64,000 nucleotides of DNA from Candidatus Hydrogenedentota bacterium (GCA_052033955.1 JBPOJD010000008.1:5628-69627); one strand, 5' to 3'. Positions 21,219 to 31,069 are shown, counted from the stretch's first letter. The notes: generated from the sequence alone by a model not told the origin. A program made the numbers and translations.

Positions 21219-21917
21219 CTATGCGCGTTGCCGCGCCATGTTGTCGAGCAGCGTAACCATGGTGGACTGCATCGCGGGGATGTGCGCCATGCCATGGCGG
21301 ACGGCAGCCTCGTCCTGGCTGTGCGGTCCGGCGGCCAAATCGCCCGGGCAGTGGGCAATCAGCCGATCGGCGGCTGCCTGCGACGTCTCGACGTGGAACT
21401 GCAGCGCGAGCACGCGGTTGCCGTAGCTGAAAGCCTGGTTCGGGCAGGCGTCGCTCCGCGCGGCGTGGCAGGCGCCGTCCGGAATCTCGAAACAGTCGCC
21501 ATGCCAGTGGAAGGCCGTGAACACCTTGGGCAATCCCTGGAACAGCGGGGACTGCCCGCCCGCGTCCGTAAGCGACACCAGATGCCAGCCCACCTCTTTG
21601 CACCCGTTGGGTCCTACACCGGCCCCGAGCATGTCGGCGATGAGCTGCGCGCCCAGACAGATACCCAGCACGAGCCGTCCCGCGTCGATCGCCTCGCGAA
21701 TGAGCGCCTTTTCGGGCCGCAACCATGGGTAGTCGTGCGCGTCGTGCACACCCATCGGTCCGCCCAGGACGATCAGCCAGTCCACGTCCTCGAGTGGGGG
21801 CAAGGACTCGCCCGCATGCAGCGCCGTGCCCGTGACGGCATGGCCGCGCGCCGCCGCCCACGGTTCGATGTTCGCCAGGTCCTCGAAGGGGACGTGTTGC
21901 AGGTAGTGGATGCGCAC
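21219..21917 (-). CDS. Class I glutamine amidotransferase-like protein
   Basis: LGICLGAQL nucleophile-elbow motif and HxE context (FHVE). Confidence 0.75.
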   Translation of the reverse strand: MRIHYLQHVPFEDLANIEPWAAARGHAVTGTALHAGESLPPLEDVDWLIVLGGPMGVHDAHDYPWLRPEKALIREAIDAGRLVLGICLGAQLIADMLGAGVGPNGCKEVGWHLVSLTDAGGQSPLFQGLPKVFTAFHWHGDCFEIPDGACHAARSDACPNQAFSYGNRVLALQFHVETSQAAADRLIAHCPGDLAAGPHSQDEAAVRHGMAHIPAMQSTMVTLLDNMARQRA

Positions 21918-22080
21918 AGGCTCAGATCCTCGCGGGCCGCGGTGGTGTCTTCGCTCGCCGACACGCTAACACAGGACCCGCCGTATTCGCCAGCCCCTGT
22001 GTGTCCGCCGTTTCGCCGGCTGGACACGCCGCGAACCTTGCAGTAGAGTGAAGGATGGGCCGGAACAAAGGGCGTGCGAC

Positions 22081-23226
22081 ATGAACCCGATACGACTGGC
22101 GTTTCTGGGCGGATTGGAAGAGGCCATGTCGTTCGTCGAGGCGTTCGATCGCCTGGCGGACGAGGAATTGGCCGCGGCGGCGGCGTGTGCGGCAACGGGG
22201 ACGAAGCTTCCCGAAGCCCTGGCCCGGCGGGGGCCGCGCGTGTACGCGGACAGCCAGGCCATGCTGGCCGCGGAGACCATCGACGCCGCCCTGGTCGCCG
22301 GATCGCTTCCCGAGCGCTACCGGCTGACGCGCACGCTGCTCGAGCACGGCGTCCACGTGATCACCCTGCCGCCCGTTGCGACCGTGCAGGAGCAGCGGGA
22401 CCTTCAGGACGTCCAGGAACGGTCGGGCGTGTTCTGCGCGGTGGGATGGCCGTCGCTGGCGCTCCCCGCGACCGTCCTCTTGAAACAGCGGCTGTGCGAA
22501 GGCGTGCTTGGTCCGATCCGCCACGTCAGCGGCATGTCCCGCACGCGGATCCCTGCGGCACCCGCAGGCGCGTGGTCCGGCAAACTGAGCGTTGACGGCC
22601 GGTACCTTCTGGACGGCCCCTTCCAGGGCGAGGGGGGCGAAGTCCTCGCCGTGGCGGCCTTTCTGGCGGGGGATGACCTCCACGCCTCGGCGTGCCCGGA
22701 GTGGGTGCAGGCAGAGGTGTATGCGCTGGGCGCTCGCGAGGCGGGCGACGTGGCGTGCCTGCGGGCCGAGGCCCACGGCGTCACGCTGAGCGTTGCGGCC
22801 ACGACCCTCGCGGCCTGTCCGGCGCCGCCGGTATGGAACGTCACCGGCGAGCGCGGCGAGGCCGTGCTGACCGGCGACGGCACCCTCACGATCCTCGGCG
22901 AGACCATCACGCCTGCACAGCGTGACACGGGCGCGCTGGTGCTGCTGCGGCGGTTTGTGGAGGTCGTGCTCGAGAGCGACGAGCCGCTGCTGGCGCCGCT
23001 GGGCAGCCTCGACGCGTGGGCGCGTCTGATGAACGGGGCCTATGAGTCGTCGGGCGCGGTGCACTCGCTGGCCGGGAGCCGGACGCTGGACGATGCCGTG
23101 GAACGGGCCGCGATGCAGGGCGCGCTGTTTTCCGAATCGGGCGTCCCGGGGGCCGTCAGGACCGCGCCGTTCGCGTTGGCGGCCTACGCGGCCTTTCCGT
23201 CGGGCACATGGCCCGTTACGGGATGA
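22081..23226 (+). CDS. Gfo/Idh/MocA-like oxidoreductase-fold protein (degenerate NAD motif)
   Basis: IRLAFLGG N-terminus and EHGVHVITLPPVA resembling the EKP motif region. Rest divergent, function unknown. Confidence 0.45.
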   Translation: MNPIRLAFLGGLEEAMSFVEAFDRLADEELAAAAACAATGTKLPEALARRGPRVYADSQAMLAAETIDAALVAGSLPERYRLTRTLLEHGVHVITLPPVATVQEQRDLQDVQERSGVFCAVGWPSLALPATVLLKQRLCEGVLGPIRHVSGMSRTRIPAAPAGAWSGKLSVDGRYLLDGPFQGEGGEVLAVAAFLAGDDLHASACPEWVQAEVYALGAREAGDVACLRAEAHGVTLSVAATTLAACPAPPVWNVTGERGEAVLTGDGTLTILGETITPAQRDTGALVLLRRFVEVVLESDEPLLAPLGSLDAWARLMNGAYESSGAVHSLAGSRTLDDAVERAAMQGALFSESGVPGAVRTAPFALAAYAAFPSGTWPVTG

Positions 23227-24244
23227 GCCGTTGGGGCGGGTGACCCTTGGCAAAGATTCGCAGGGTCCGCTGGCGCAGTTCGCCCAGCAGTCCCTCGATG
23301 TCCTCTGTCAGCGGCACCTGGCCGCCCGCCATCGTGCGATGGCCGCCGCCGGTGCCCAGGCCCTTGACGATGCGCCGCACCCCGCCGCAGGCATTGCCGC
23401 GCGCGTCGGTCGCCCGCACGCTCAACAGCACGCGGTTGCCGTATATCCCCATGCATACCGCGGTCCGGACGCCCTCCATGCGCAGGATGAGATCGGCCAC
23501 CTCGGCGATCATGTCCGGATTGCTGCAGGCGCCGATGGCTGCCAGGACCAGACGCCCGGCGACCTCGCACGTTTCGAGACTGTGATGCAGCATGCGGAAG
23601 TAATCGCGGCTCACCGGCGCCCGGCGAATCCGCGCGAGCTTCTTCTGGTCCACCAGCGGGAACAGTTCCAGATACGCGGCGCGATCGGCGGGGCCGGCCT
23701 CGCGTCCGAGCGATGACGTGTCGGACTGGATGCCATAGAACAGGGCCGTGGCGAGGTCCGCCGACAGGTGGACGCCCGCCGCCAGGCAGTACTCGTACAG
23801 GATGGTCGCCGTGGACCCGTAGTCAGGGCGCACATCGGCCCAGGATGCTTGCCACGTCACGCGCCGCCGGGCCAGGTGGTGGTCAATGACGATGTCCGCC
23901 GGACGCGAGGTGAATATCGGGTTGTTGCCAAAGCCCGGCTGGGTGTCGACAAGACACAGGATCCGGTAGCGGCGGAGTTCCTCGACCGTGATGCGGTGGG
24001 CGACAATGCGCAGCACGTGCAGCATGGCCTCGTTTTCCGCGCGCCCGCAGATGCCCGTATAGCCCAGAATGGCCTGTTTGCCGGTGAAACGCTTGATGAG
24101 CTGGCGCAGCGCCGCCGCACTGGCGATGGCATCGGCGTCCGGGTTGTTCTGCATGAGAATCAGGACCCGGCCCGTCCCCGACGTGATTGCGCGGACGGCC
24201 TCCACGCCTTGCGCCGATCGCTCCAGGTTGTAGGGTCCCTCCAC
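23216..24244 (-). CDS. nrnA: DHH-family phosphoesterase (oligoribonuclease / pAp phosphatase NrnA-like)
   Basis: DHH motif (IVIDHH), DHHA1-like C-terminus with GGGH (GTGGGHRTMAGG). Confidence 0.8.
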   Translation of the reverse strand: MEGPYNLERSAQGVEAVRAITSGTGRVLILMQNNPDADAIASAAALRQLIKRFTGKQAILGYTGICGRAENEAMLHVLRIVAHRITVEELRRYRILCLVDTQPGFGNNPIFTSRPADIVIDHHLARRRVTWQASWADVRPDYGSTATILYEYCLAAGVHLSADLATALFYGIQSDTSSLGREAGPADRAAYLELFPLVDQKKLARIRRAPVSRDYFRMLHHSLETCEVAGRLVLAAIGACSNPDMIAEVADLILRMEGVRTAVCMGIYGNRVLLSVRATDARGNACGGVRRIVKGLGTGGGHRTMAGGQVPLTEDIEGLLGELRQRTLRIFAKGHPPQRLIP

Positions 24245-24255
24245 CAGACGCTCCG

Positions 24256-25314
24256 TTACACGTTGAAGCGGAACAGGATGACGTCGCCGTCCTTGACCTC
24301 ATACTCCTTGCCTTCGAGGCGGACCGTCCCCTTTTCCTTGGCCTTGGCCACCGACCCGGCGGCAATGAGGTCGTCGTAGGCGACCACTTCCGCGCGGATG
24401 AAGCCGCGCTTGATGTCCGAGTGAATGACCCCGGCGGCGTCCACGGCCTTGGTGCCCTTCGCGATGGTCCAGGCGCGGACCTCGGGCTCACCGGCGGTCA
24501 GGAAACTCATCAGTCCGAGCATGTCGTAGGCCGCCTGGACAAAGCACGTCTTCGATCCCTCGCCCAGCCCGAGGTCGTCGCGGAAGGCCTGGCGATCCTC
24601 CTCGGGCAAATCGGCGACCTCGGCCTCCATCGCGCCGCACAGGGCGATGAGCGGCAGATTCTTCTGTTGTGCAAACGCCTGGAGCCGGGCCGGATCGCCC
24701 GAGCCGATGGCGTCGTCGCCGTAGTTGCCCAAGAGCATCATCGGCTTGAGCGACAGAAAACAGAACCCGGCGATTTCGCGCGCCTCCTGCTGATTCATCT
24801 CGAGCGTTCGCAGCGGCCGGCCGTCTTCGATGTGGGCCTTGCACTTCTCCAGCAAATCGACCTCGCGGTCCTTCTTGCCCTCCTTGTGCAGGCGCTCGAG
24901 CCGCCGCTCGATGATGATGAGGTCGGACAACTGGAGTTCATCCTCGAGGGCCTGGCCATCGCGCGCCGGGTTGACGCCGCCCAGCGGATGCACGACCGTC
25001 GAACTCTCGAAGGCCCGGACCACATGCACGAGGGCCTCGACCGGCTTGAGCGCGTTGAGGGCCGCCGCATCGAGGGCCTTCTGGTCGTCGCCGCCTTCAT
25101 GCGGGGCGATATCGACGAACTGGAACTCGGCCGGTGTGATTTTTTTCGGCTTGTACAGCTCGGCCAGCCGGTTCAGGCGCTCGTCCGGCACCTTGACGAC
25201 GGCGACGTTGGCCTCACGGGCGCCAAAGGCGCCGATCGGGGCGTGCGAATCGGTCAAGGCATTGAAAATCGTGGTTTTGCCCGACCGGGCGAGGCCGATG
25301 ATGCCCACTTTCAT
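24256..25314 (-). CDS. ychF: Ribosome-binding ATPase YchF
   Basis: G1 GLARSGKTT, NxxE variant G4, TGS C-terminal domain (GFIRAEV...). Confidence 0.9.
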   Translation of the reverse strand: MKVGIIGLARSGKTTIFNALTDSHAPIGAFGAREANVAVVKVPDERLNRLAELYKPKKITPAEFQFVDIAPHEGGDDQKALDAAALNALKPVEALVHVVRAFESSTVVHPLGGVNPARDGQALEDELQLSDLIIIERRLERLHKEGKKDREVDLLEKCKAHIEDGRPLRTLEMNQQEAREIAGFCFLSLKPMMLLGNYGDDAIGSGDPARLQAFAQQKNLPLIALCGAMEAEVADLPEEDRQAFRDDLGLGEGSKTCFVQAAYDMLGLMSFLTAGEPEVRAWTIAKGTKAVDAAGVIHSDIKRGFIRAEVVAYDDLIAAGSVAKAKEKGTVRLEGKEYEVKDGDVILFRFNV

Positions 25315-25420
25315 GCGTGCGTCTCCTGTTGTACCGCAGAATGCCGCATCCTAGCAGTCCCCGCCCGGTTGGCGCAATCGCGCCCGCCGCTCCGATCGCC
25401 GCACGGCGGGCCGTAAGCGC

Positions 25421-25555
25421 GGGACAGTCCCGTCTGCGCGCCTTCGTCGCTCCGCTTGGGACAGTCCCGTGCTTGCTCATCTCATCCGCCGCGGTGAATG
25501 AGCGCAGCAAGGTGGGGACTGACCCAGCGACGAAGGAGCGGCCGGGTCTGTCCCC
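25421..25555. promoter_or_regulatory. Cluster of palindromic GGGACAGTCCC-like sites (2 exact copies + 2 variants) in ychF/GH38 divergent intergenic region
   Basis: Exact 13-mer GGGACAGTCCCGT at 25421-25433 and 25458-25470. Variants GGGGACTGACCC (25514-25525) and GGGTCTGTCCCC (25544-25555). Copies 2 and 3 can also pair as a long imperfect hairpin. Confidence 0.4.
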
Positions 25556-25684
25556 ATCTTGCGAAGCGGGCCGTCGCCACGTCCGTGCATCCGGGCGCAG
25601 GGGCGTGGTAGAATCGGCAGTCCTTGGCGCATGCCGGATTTGGTCCGGAAACCACAGATTTTCCGCAACGCGAGAGGTGTCTTC

Positions 25685-28474
25685 ATGTCGAACGAGCGCA
25701 AGACGATCCATGTCATTTCGAATTCCCACTGGGATCGGGAGTGGGGCTATCCTTTCGAGGAAACCCGGCTGCTGCTGCTGAAATTCATGGACGAACTGCT
25801 GGATCTGCTCGACAACGACCCGGAATTCCATAGTTTCACGATGGATTCGCAGGTGTTGTGCGTCGAGGACTACCTGGAACTGCGGCCGGAGAAGCGCACG
25901 ACCATCGAAAAGCACGTGAGGTCGGGCCGCCTGATTGTGGGGCCGTGGTATTCGCTGCCCGAGGAATACATCGTCAACGGCGAGTCGCTCGTGCGCAATC
26001 TCGTGTTCGGCCACCGGGTCGCCCAGTCCTACGGGAAGGTCTGCAAGGTCGGCTACACGCCGTTCAGCTACGGCCAGACCTCCCAGATGCCGCAGATCTA
26101 CAACGGCTTCGACATCGACACGATCATTTTCTATCGCGGGATCAACACCCCGAAAAGCGAGTACGCCTGGGAAGGCGTGGACGGATCGCGGCTGCTGGGC
26201 ATGCGGTTTGGCTGCATGAGCCGCTTCAGCTACTACATCTACATCTACCGCGTGGCCCGCTACGGCTCGGACGATGTCTATGCGCGCTATGACTGGGATC
26301 GCGGCGCGGCGCCGTTCCGCCTGGCGAGCGACCGCCATCCGCGTTCGCACTATTATGTCCTCGACGACACGAAAAAGCAGTGGAACGTCGAGCCGCTCCG
26401 CGAACAACTGCTCAAACTCGTCCAGGACGAATCCGAACACTTCACCACGAGTCATATCGCGTCCATGCAGGGCTTCGACACCTCCAACCCGGATCCGAAG
26501 GAGTCCGAGTTGATGAAGAAGTGTCAGGAGCTGCTGCCCGAGCACACGATCAAGTTCTCGAGCCTGGGCGAGTACATGGAGGCCATGCGCAAGGAGGTCA
26601 CGCCGTCGGCCGTGCTGCACGGCGAAGCGCGCGACCCCGGCTCGGTGGGCAAGTGGACGCACCTGTTCGGCGACGTTATCAGCGCCCGGCCGCGGCTCAA
26701 GCAGGCCAATCACGCCGCCGAGATCAACCTGCAACGGCTGGCCGAGCCGTGGAGCACCATCGGTTCGATGGTGGGCGGCGAGTACCTGCGCACCGGCCTG
26801 GACCGCTGCTGGACGCTGCTGCTCAAGAATCATCCGCACGACACCATCACGGGCGCGGGCATCGATCAGATGGAGAAGGATTCGCTGTTCCGGGCGGACC
26901 AGATCAACATCCTCAGCGAAGGCCTGGCCCGGCGCGGCATGGGCGCGGTGCAGATCAATGTGGACAACTCGGACCTGGACGTGAACGACGTGGCGCTGAC
27001 GGTGTTCAACGCCTGTCCCTTCCCGCGCAAGGGTGTGGTGTCGTGCTATATCGACATGCCCAAGAACACGGGTTACGAGGCCTTTGACGTGGTGACGCCG
27101 GAGGGGCGGCGGCTGCGCATGCAGCGCGCCCGGCAGTTTGCCTGGTCGACGCTGGTCCGCAACCTGCAGGACATCTCGATCGAAATCAATTCCGACCGCG
27201 TGTTGTGCCATGTCGAACTGGACGATGTGCCGGCATTCGGCTACCGCACCCTGCACCTGGCGCGCACGGAGAAGTGGACCTACGAGGCCGGCACGCTGGC
27301 CCCCGAGACGAATGTGCTTGAAAATGCCCACCTGCGCGCCGTCTTCAACAGCAACGGCACCATCGATCTGACGCACAAGGACTCCGGTCAGACCTACACA
27401 GGGCTCCATTACCTCGAGGACACGGGTGAGACCGGCCACTCCTGGGTGCACATGGAACCGGACGACAACCTCACGCTCACGTCGCACGGGTGTCCGGTGC
27501 ACCTCGCGCTGGAGGAAGCCGGGCCACTGCTGGCGCGGATGCGCGTCGAGTACCGCATGCAGATCCCCGTGGGCATCGAGGACGAGATGACCGCGCAGGC
27601 GCGCGAGGACAGCTTCAACCACACCCGGCGCCGCAAGGAAACGAAGGAAATGGTCATCACGAGCCGTTTCACCTTGCGCGCGGACGCCAAGCGGCTGGAC
27701 GTGGAGACCACCTTCCGCAACGAGTGCAAAAACCACCGCCTGCGCGTCGTGTTTCCGACGCGTCTGGCCCAGTGCGACCGCACGGATTCGGAAGCGGGCT
27801 ACGACGTCATCCCGCGCGATATTCATGTGAAAGCGGGCAACGCCTACTTTGGCCGCCCGAATCCGCAGTATCCGATGCACCGTTTCGTGGACATGAGCGA
27901 CGGCAAGAAGGGCTTCGCGATCGTCAACAACTCGGGCCTGCGCGAATACGAGGCGATGGACACCGCGGACCGTCCGCTGGCCATTACCCTGCTGCGCGCG
28001 TTCACGTACCGCAACTGCCCGATCTTCGGGCGGTGGGAGGTCTACCCCGAGATGGAGCTGGCGCAGTGTCTGGGCGACTTCACGTGGACCTATGCCCTCT
28101 ACCCGCACACGGGCGAGTGGACCAACGGGTGCTTCGACGAGGCCGAGGACCACAATCTGCCGCTCGAGGTCGCGCAGGTCGGGCCGCATGCGGGCACGCT
28201 CCCCAAACAGATGTCCTTTGTCGAGCTCAAGGGCGACAACCTCCAGCTCACGGCGCTGAAGCAGTCCGAGGCGGGCGCCGGCACCTACGTCGCGCGGCTG
28301 TTCAATCCGCAGGCGAAGGACGTGAAGGGCGAATTGGTCATCTGGCAGGACGTGAAACGGGCCTGGCTGACCAACCTGAACGAAGAGCGCCGCGAGGAAC
28401 TGAAGCCTGAGGGCGGCCGTATCCCGCTGCACTTCGGCAAAAAGAAGATCCTGACCGTCGAATTCGAGATCTGA
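25685..28474 (+). CDS. Glycoside hydrolase family 38 (alpha-mannosidase / mannosylglycerate hydrolase-like)
   Basis: N-terminal HVISNSHWDREW GH38 signature. 929 aa. Start at ATG 25685 (the ORF call from 25559 is an over-extension). Confidence 0.85.
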   Translation: MSNERKTIHVISNSHWDREWGYPFEETRLLLLKFMDELLDLLDNDPEFHSFTMDSQVLCVEDYLELRPEKRTTIEKHVRSGRLIVGPWYSLPEEYIVNGESLVRNLVFGHRVAQSYGKVCKVGYTPFSYGQTSQMPQIYNGFDIDTIIFYRGINTPKSEYAWEGVDGSRLLGMRFGCMSRFSYYIYIYRVARYGSDDVYARYDWDRGAAPFRLASDRHPRSHYYVLDDTKKQWNVEPLREQLLKLVQDESEHFTTSHIASMQGFDTSNPDPKESELMKKCQELLPEHTIKFSSLGEYMEAMRKEVTPSAVLHGEARDPGSVGKWTHLFGDVISARPRLKQANHAAEINLQRLAEPWSTIGSMVGGEYLRTGLDRCWTLLLKNHPHDTITGAGIDQMEKDSLFRADQINILSEGLARRGMGAVQINVDNSDLDVNDVALTVFNACPFPRKGVVSCYIDMPKNTGYEAFDVVTPEGRRLRMQRARQFAWSTLVRNLQDISIEINSDRVLCHVELDDVPAFGYRTLHLARTEKWTYEAGTLAPETNVLENAHLRAVFNSNGTIDLTHKDSGQTYTGLHYLEDTGETGHSWVHMEPDDNLTLTSHGCPVHLALEEAGPLLARMRVEYRMQIPVGIEDEMTAQAREDSFNHTRRRKETKEMVITSRFTLRADAKRLDVETTFRNECKNHRLRVVFPTRLAQCDRTDSEAGYDVIPRDIHVKAGNAYFGRPNPQYPMHRFVDMSDGKKGFAIVNNSGLREYEAMDTADRPLAITLLRAFTYRNCPIFGRWEVYPEMELAQCLGDFTWTYALYPHTGEWTNGCFDEAEDHNLPLEVAQVGPHAGTLPKQMSFVELKGDNLQLTALKQSEAGAGTYVARLFNPQAKDVKGELVIWQDVKRAWLTNLNEERREELKPEGGRIPLHFGKKKILTVEFEI

Positions 28475-28611
28475 CCGGAACAGAGATGGCCATTGCGCCG
28501 GCGCGCCGTCACACGAGGACGCGCCGGTCTTTCTTTGGGACGCCGGATGCAACCGGCGGCGGCTTCCGCTAGAATAGGTCGCGGCGGCACACAAAACGCA
28601 CAGGTGGCTCC

Positions 28612-29406
28612 ATGGCGGGTGATTGGGCGCTGGCCCTGAAAAATCTGCTGTTTCCGATCTTCTGCAAGCAGTGCGGGGCATGGCTGGTGACGGAAGAGAA
28701 CCGGTTCTTTTGTCCCACCTGCTGGGAGCGCAGCCCGCGGGTGGCGCGCCCGTTCTGCACGATCTGCGGACGGCCGCACAAGGGCGCGGTGGGCTTTGGC
28801 ACCCTGCACAATTTCCCCTGTGCCGAATGCCGCGACAGAAAGCGCCGGCCCTACGGGCGCATGTACGGGGCCGCGGTCTACGCGGATGCGCTCGAGACGG
28901 GCATCAAGCTGTTCAAGTTCCACAACCATCCCCGCCTGGCGGGCGCCATCGGGGCGGTGATGGCGGATTTTGCCGAACGCGAGATGGAGCTCGATGCATA
29001 CGACCTGCTGGTGCCGGTGCCGCTGCATCGCGTGCGCCAGCGCGAGCGGGGGTACAACCAGTCGCTGCTGTTGGCGCACGTGATCGCGCCGGTGTTCGCC
29101 CCGGCGGCGGTCGCGGAATGCCTCGAACGCGTGCGACCGACGCACGTGCAGAGCCGGATCCGCGATCCCAAGGCCCGGCGCGCCAATGTCCAGGGCGCGT
29201 TCGCCGTCAAGGAAGGCGCCACGATAAAAGGGAAGCGCATTCTGCTCGTCGACGACGTGATTACGACCAGCGGCACCGTGAGCGAGTGCGCGACGGTGTT
29301 GAAGCGTGCGGGCGCGGCGGCCGTGGACATTTTTGCGGCGGCGCTGGCCGTGCCGCACCGCGATTTGAGGGAGACGTCAGCAACCCGAACCGAAGGAGTG
29401 GGATGA
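28612..29406 (+). CDS. comF: ComF family protein (double zinc ribbon + phosphoribosyltransferase domain)
   Basis: CxxC...CxxC...CxxC N-terminal ribbon. PRTase motif ILLVDDVITTSGTV. Confidence 0.8.
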   Translation: MAGDWALALKNLLFPIFCKQCGAWLVTEENRFFCPTCWERSPRVARPFCTICGRPHKGAVGFGTLHNFPCAECRDRKRRPYGRMYGAAVYADALETGIKLFKFHNHPRLAGAIGAVMADFAEREMELDAYDLLVPVPLHRVRQRERGYNQSLLLAHVIAPVFAPAAVAECLERVRPTHVQSRIRDPKARRANVQGAFAVKEGATIKGKRILLVDDVITTSGTVSECATVLKRAGAAAVDIFAAALAVPHRDLRETSATRTEGVG

Positions 29407-29630
29407 CCGTGGAAAAGAAAGAGTGTTTCGGGCAACTTGGCAACATGAGCATCCGTTTTCGCGATGCGTTGAAGCAGCACTACCTGCGGGTGGACGACGA
29501 GAAACTCAAGGAGTGCGACCAGTGCCCGCTGTTCACCAAGTGCATGTTCCTGCGGTACAACGACTTGATGCGGGACATGCTCAAGATGATCGACGAGAAC
29601 GCGAACAAGGGCGCCTCGCGCTTGGGCTGA
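29403..29630 (+). CDS. Small (75 aa) Cys-containing protein of unknown function, translationally coupled to comF (ATGA overlap)
   Basis: MTVEKKECFGQLGNMSIRFRDALKQHYLRVDDEKLKECDQCPLFTKCMF... Four Cys (C-x29-C-x2-C-x5-C). Noticeably lower GC than flanks; the frame stays open across the whole AT-richer segment. Confidence 0.45.
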   Translation: MTVEKKECFGQLGNMSIRFRDALKQHYLRVDDEKLKECDQCPLFTKCMFLRYNDLMRDMLKMIDENANKGASRLG

Positions 29631-29723
29631 TGGCCGCCGGACGCGCGGCCCGGAGTGGCGGCACAGGCCGGGGTCGGGTACAATGCGCGTTTTGTTGTCG
29701 CACCACAGGCCGGAGAAGGGTTC

Positions 29724-30359
29724 ATGAACAGCATCGTGCGCGGTTGGCGGACATGGAAGCACGGCCGGAAGTTTGCCAAAAAAGGCAAGGGCTGCGTGTT
29801 TCCGGGCCAGTTTATGGAGATCGACGGCCACGTCGAACTCGGCGACCACTGCCGTTTCCGCAATAACGTCATCCTCCGCACCACCGGCGAAGGCAAGATC
29901 ATCTTCGGCAACCGCTCGGGCACCAGCTATTACGTCATCATCGAGGCGACCAAGCTCGTCCAGATCGGCGAAGGGACCGGCATCGCCGAGTTCACCGTCA
30001 TCCGCGATTCCAACCACATGGTCCATGGCACCGAAGAGCCCTGGCGCTACACGCCATTGCTGGCCGAGCCCGTCATCATCGGCAACCAGTGCCTCATCGG
30101 CAGCCGCTGCTACATCATGCCCGGCGTCACCATCGGCGACGGCGCGGTGATCGAATCCGGCAGCGTCGTGACCAAGAACGTCGGCCCCTACGAAATCTGG
30201 GCGGGCTATCCCGCGCGGCGCATCGCCCACCGGCTCAAAGACGTGTCGCCGGAGAAGCTGCGCGTCTACCGCGAGATGGTCGAGCGCTACGGGGTGAAGA
30301 AAGACCGCTACATGAAGCTCGGCGAGACCGACAAGGGCATCGACGACGAGGACATGTGA
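29724..30359 (+). CDS. Hexapeptide-repeat (left-handed beta-helix) acetyltransferase
   Basis: Repeated [LIV]G-x4 hexads (IGNQCLIGSRCYIMPGVTIGDGAVIESGSVV). Maltose/galactoside O-acetyltransferase-like. Confidence 0.75.
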   Translation: MNSIVRGWRTWKHGRKFAKKGKGCVFPGQFMEIDGHVELGDHCRFRNNVILRTTGEGKIIFGNRSGTSYYVIIEATKLVQIGEGTGIAEFTVIRDSNHMVHGTEEPWRYTPLLAEPVIIGNQCLIGSRCYIMPGVTIGDGAVIESGSVVTKNVGPYEIWAGYPARRIAHRLKDVSPEKLRVYREMVERYGVKKDRYMKLGETDKGIDDEDM

Positions 30360-31069
30360 TGGCCGTTCGCGCGATTACCTTCGATTTCTGGCGCACGCTG
30401 TTTCGCGATGCCGAGGTGGAGGAACGGCGCCTCTTGCGCGTGGCGGCGTGCGTGGAAGTGCTCGGCCTGCCGGAGGAGGATATAGATGAGGCGATGCGCG
30501 TCACATGGCAGGAGTTCGATCGCTGCCACCGCGAGGAACAGCGGACGTTGACACCGCGCGATGCGGTTACCATGACCTGCGCGCGCCTGGGGGTGGCGCT
30601 CGGCGACGGCGCGGCCGCCAAGCTCTGTGACGTGTTCGCCACCGCCATCGTGCATCACTCCCCTGTGCCGATTGAGGGCGCGCTCGAAGCGGTGCAGGCA
30701 GCGGCCGCGCGCGTGCCCGTCGGCCTGATCTCCGACACCGGGGTGAGCCCCGGCAGCAGTCTGAGCCAGTTGCTGGCGCGCCACGGATTCCTCGAACACT
30801 TCGACGCGCTCGTGTGGAGCGACGAAGTCGGCGTGAGCAAGCCCCAGCGCACGATGTTCGAGCGCGCCGCGGCGGGCCTGGGCGTAGAGACCAGCGAACT
30901 GCTCCACATCGGCGACCTCGAATACACCGACATTATCGGCGCCCACGCCGTCGGCGCCAAGGCGGCCCTCTTCGCCGGCGACAATGACCGCCACAAGGAC
31001 GCGACGAGCGCGGATTATGTCTTGGCGAGCTGGGGAGAGTTTGTGGAGATGCTGGAGGGATGGGAGTAA
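30359..31069 (+). CDS. HAD-superfamily hydrolase
   Basis: Motif I FDFWRTL (DxD variant), motif III/IV ...IGDLEYTDI... ATG overlaps previous stop (TGATG). Confidence 0.7.
   Translation: MAVRAITFDFWRTLFRDAEVEERRLLRVAACVEVLGLPEEDIDEAMRVTWQEFDRCHREEQRTLTPRDAVTMTCARLGVALGDGAAAKLCDVFATAIVHHSPVPIEGALEAVQAAAARVPVGLISDTGVSPGSSLSQLLARHGFLEHFDALVWSDEVGVSKPQRTMFERAAAGLGVETSELLHIGDLEYTDIIGAHAVGAKAALFAGDNDRHKDATSADYVLASWGEFVEMLEGWE

Noticed and set aside
21226-21239. Short GCGCG-TTGC-CGCGC hairpin between convergent cysH and GATase genes
   Set aside because: Lies inside the 3' coding end of the GATase1 gene. Only a 5-bp stem. Insufficient to call a terminator.
25214-28681. 1155-aa minus-strand ORF
   Set aside because: Antisense to the well-supported GH38 gene. 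Arg/Ala/Gly/Pro-rich composition typical of spurious ORFs in high-GC DNA. No domain motifs.
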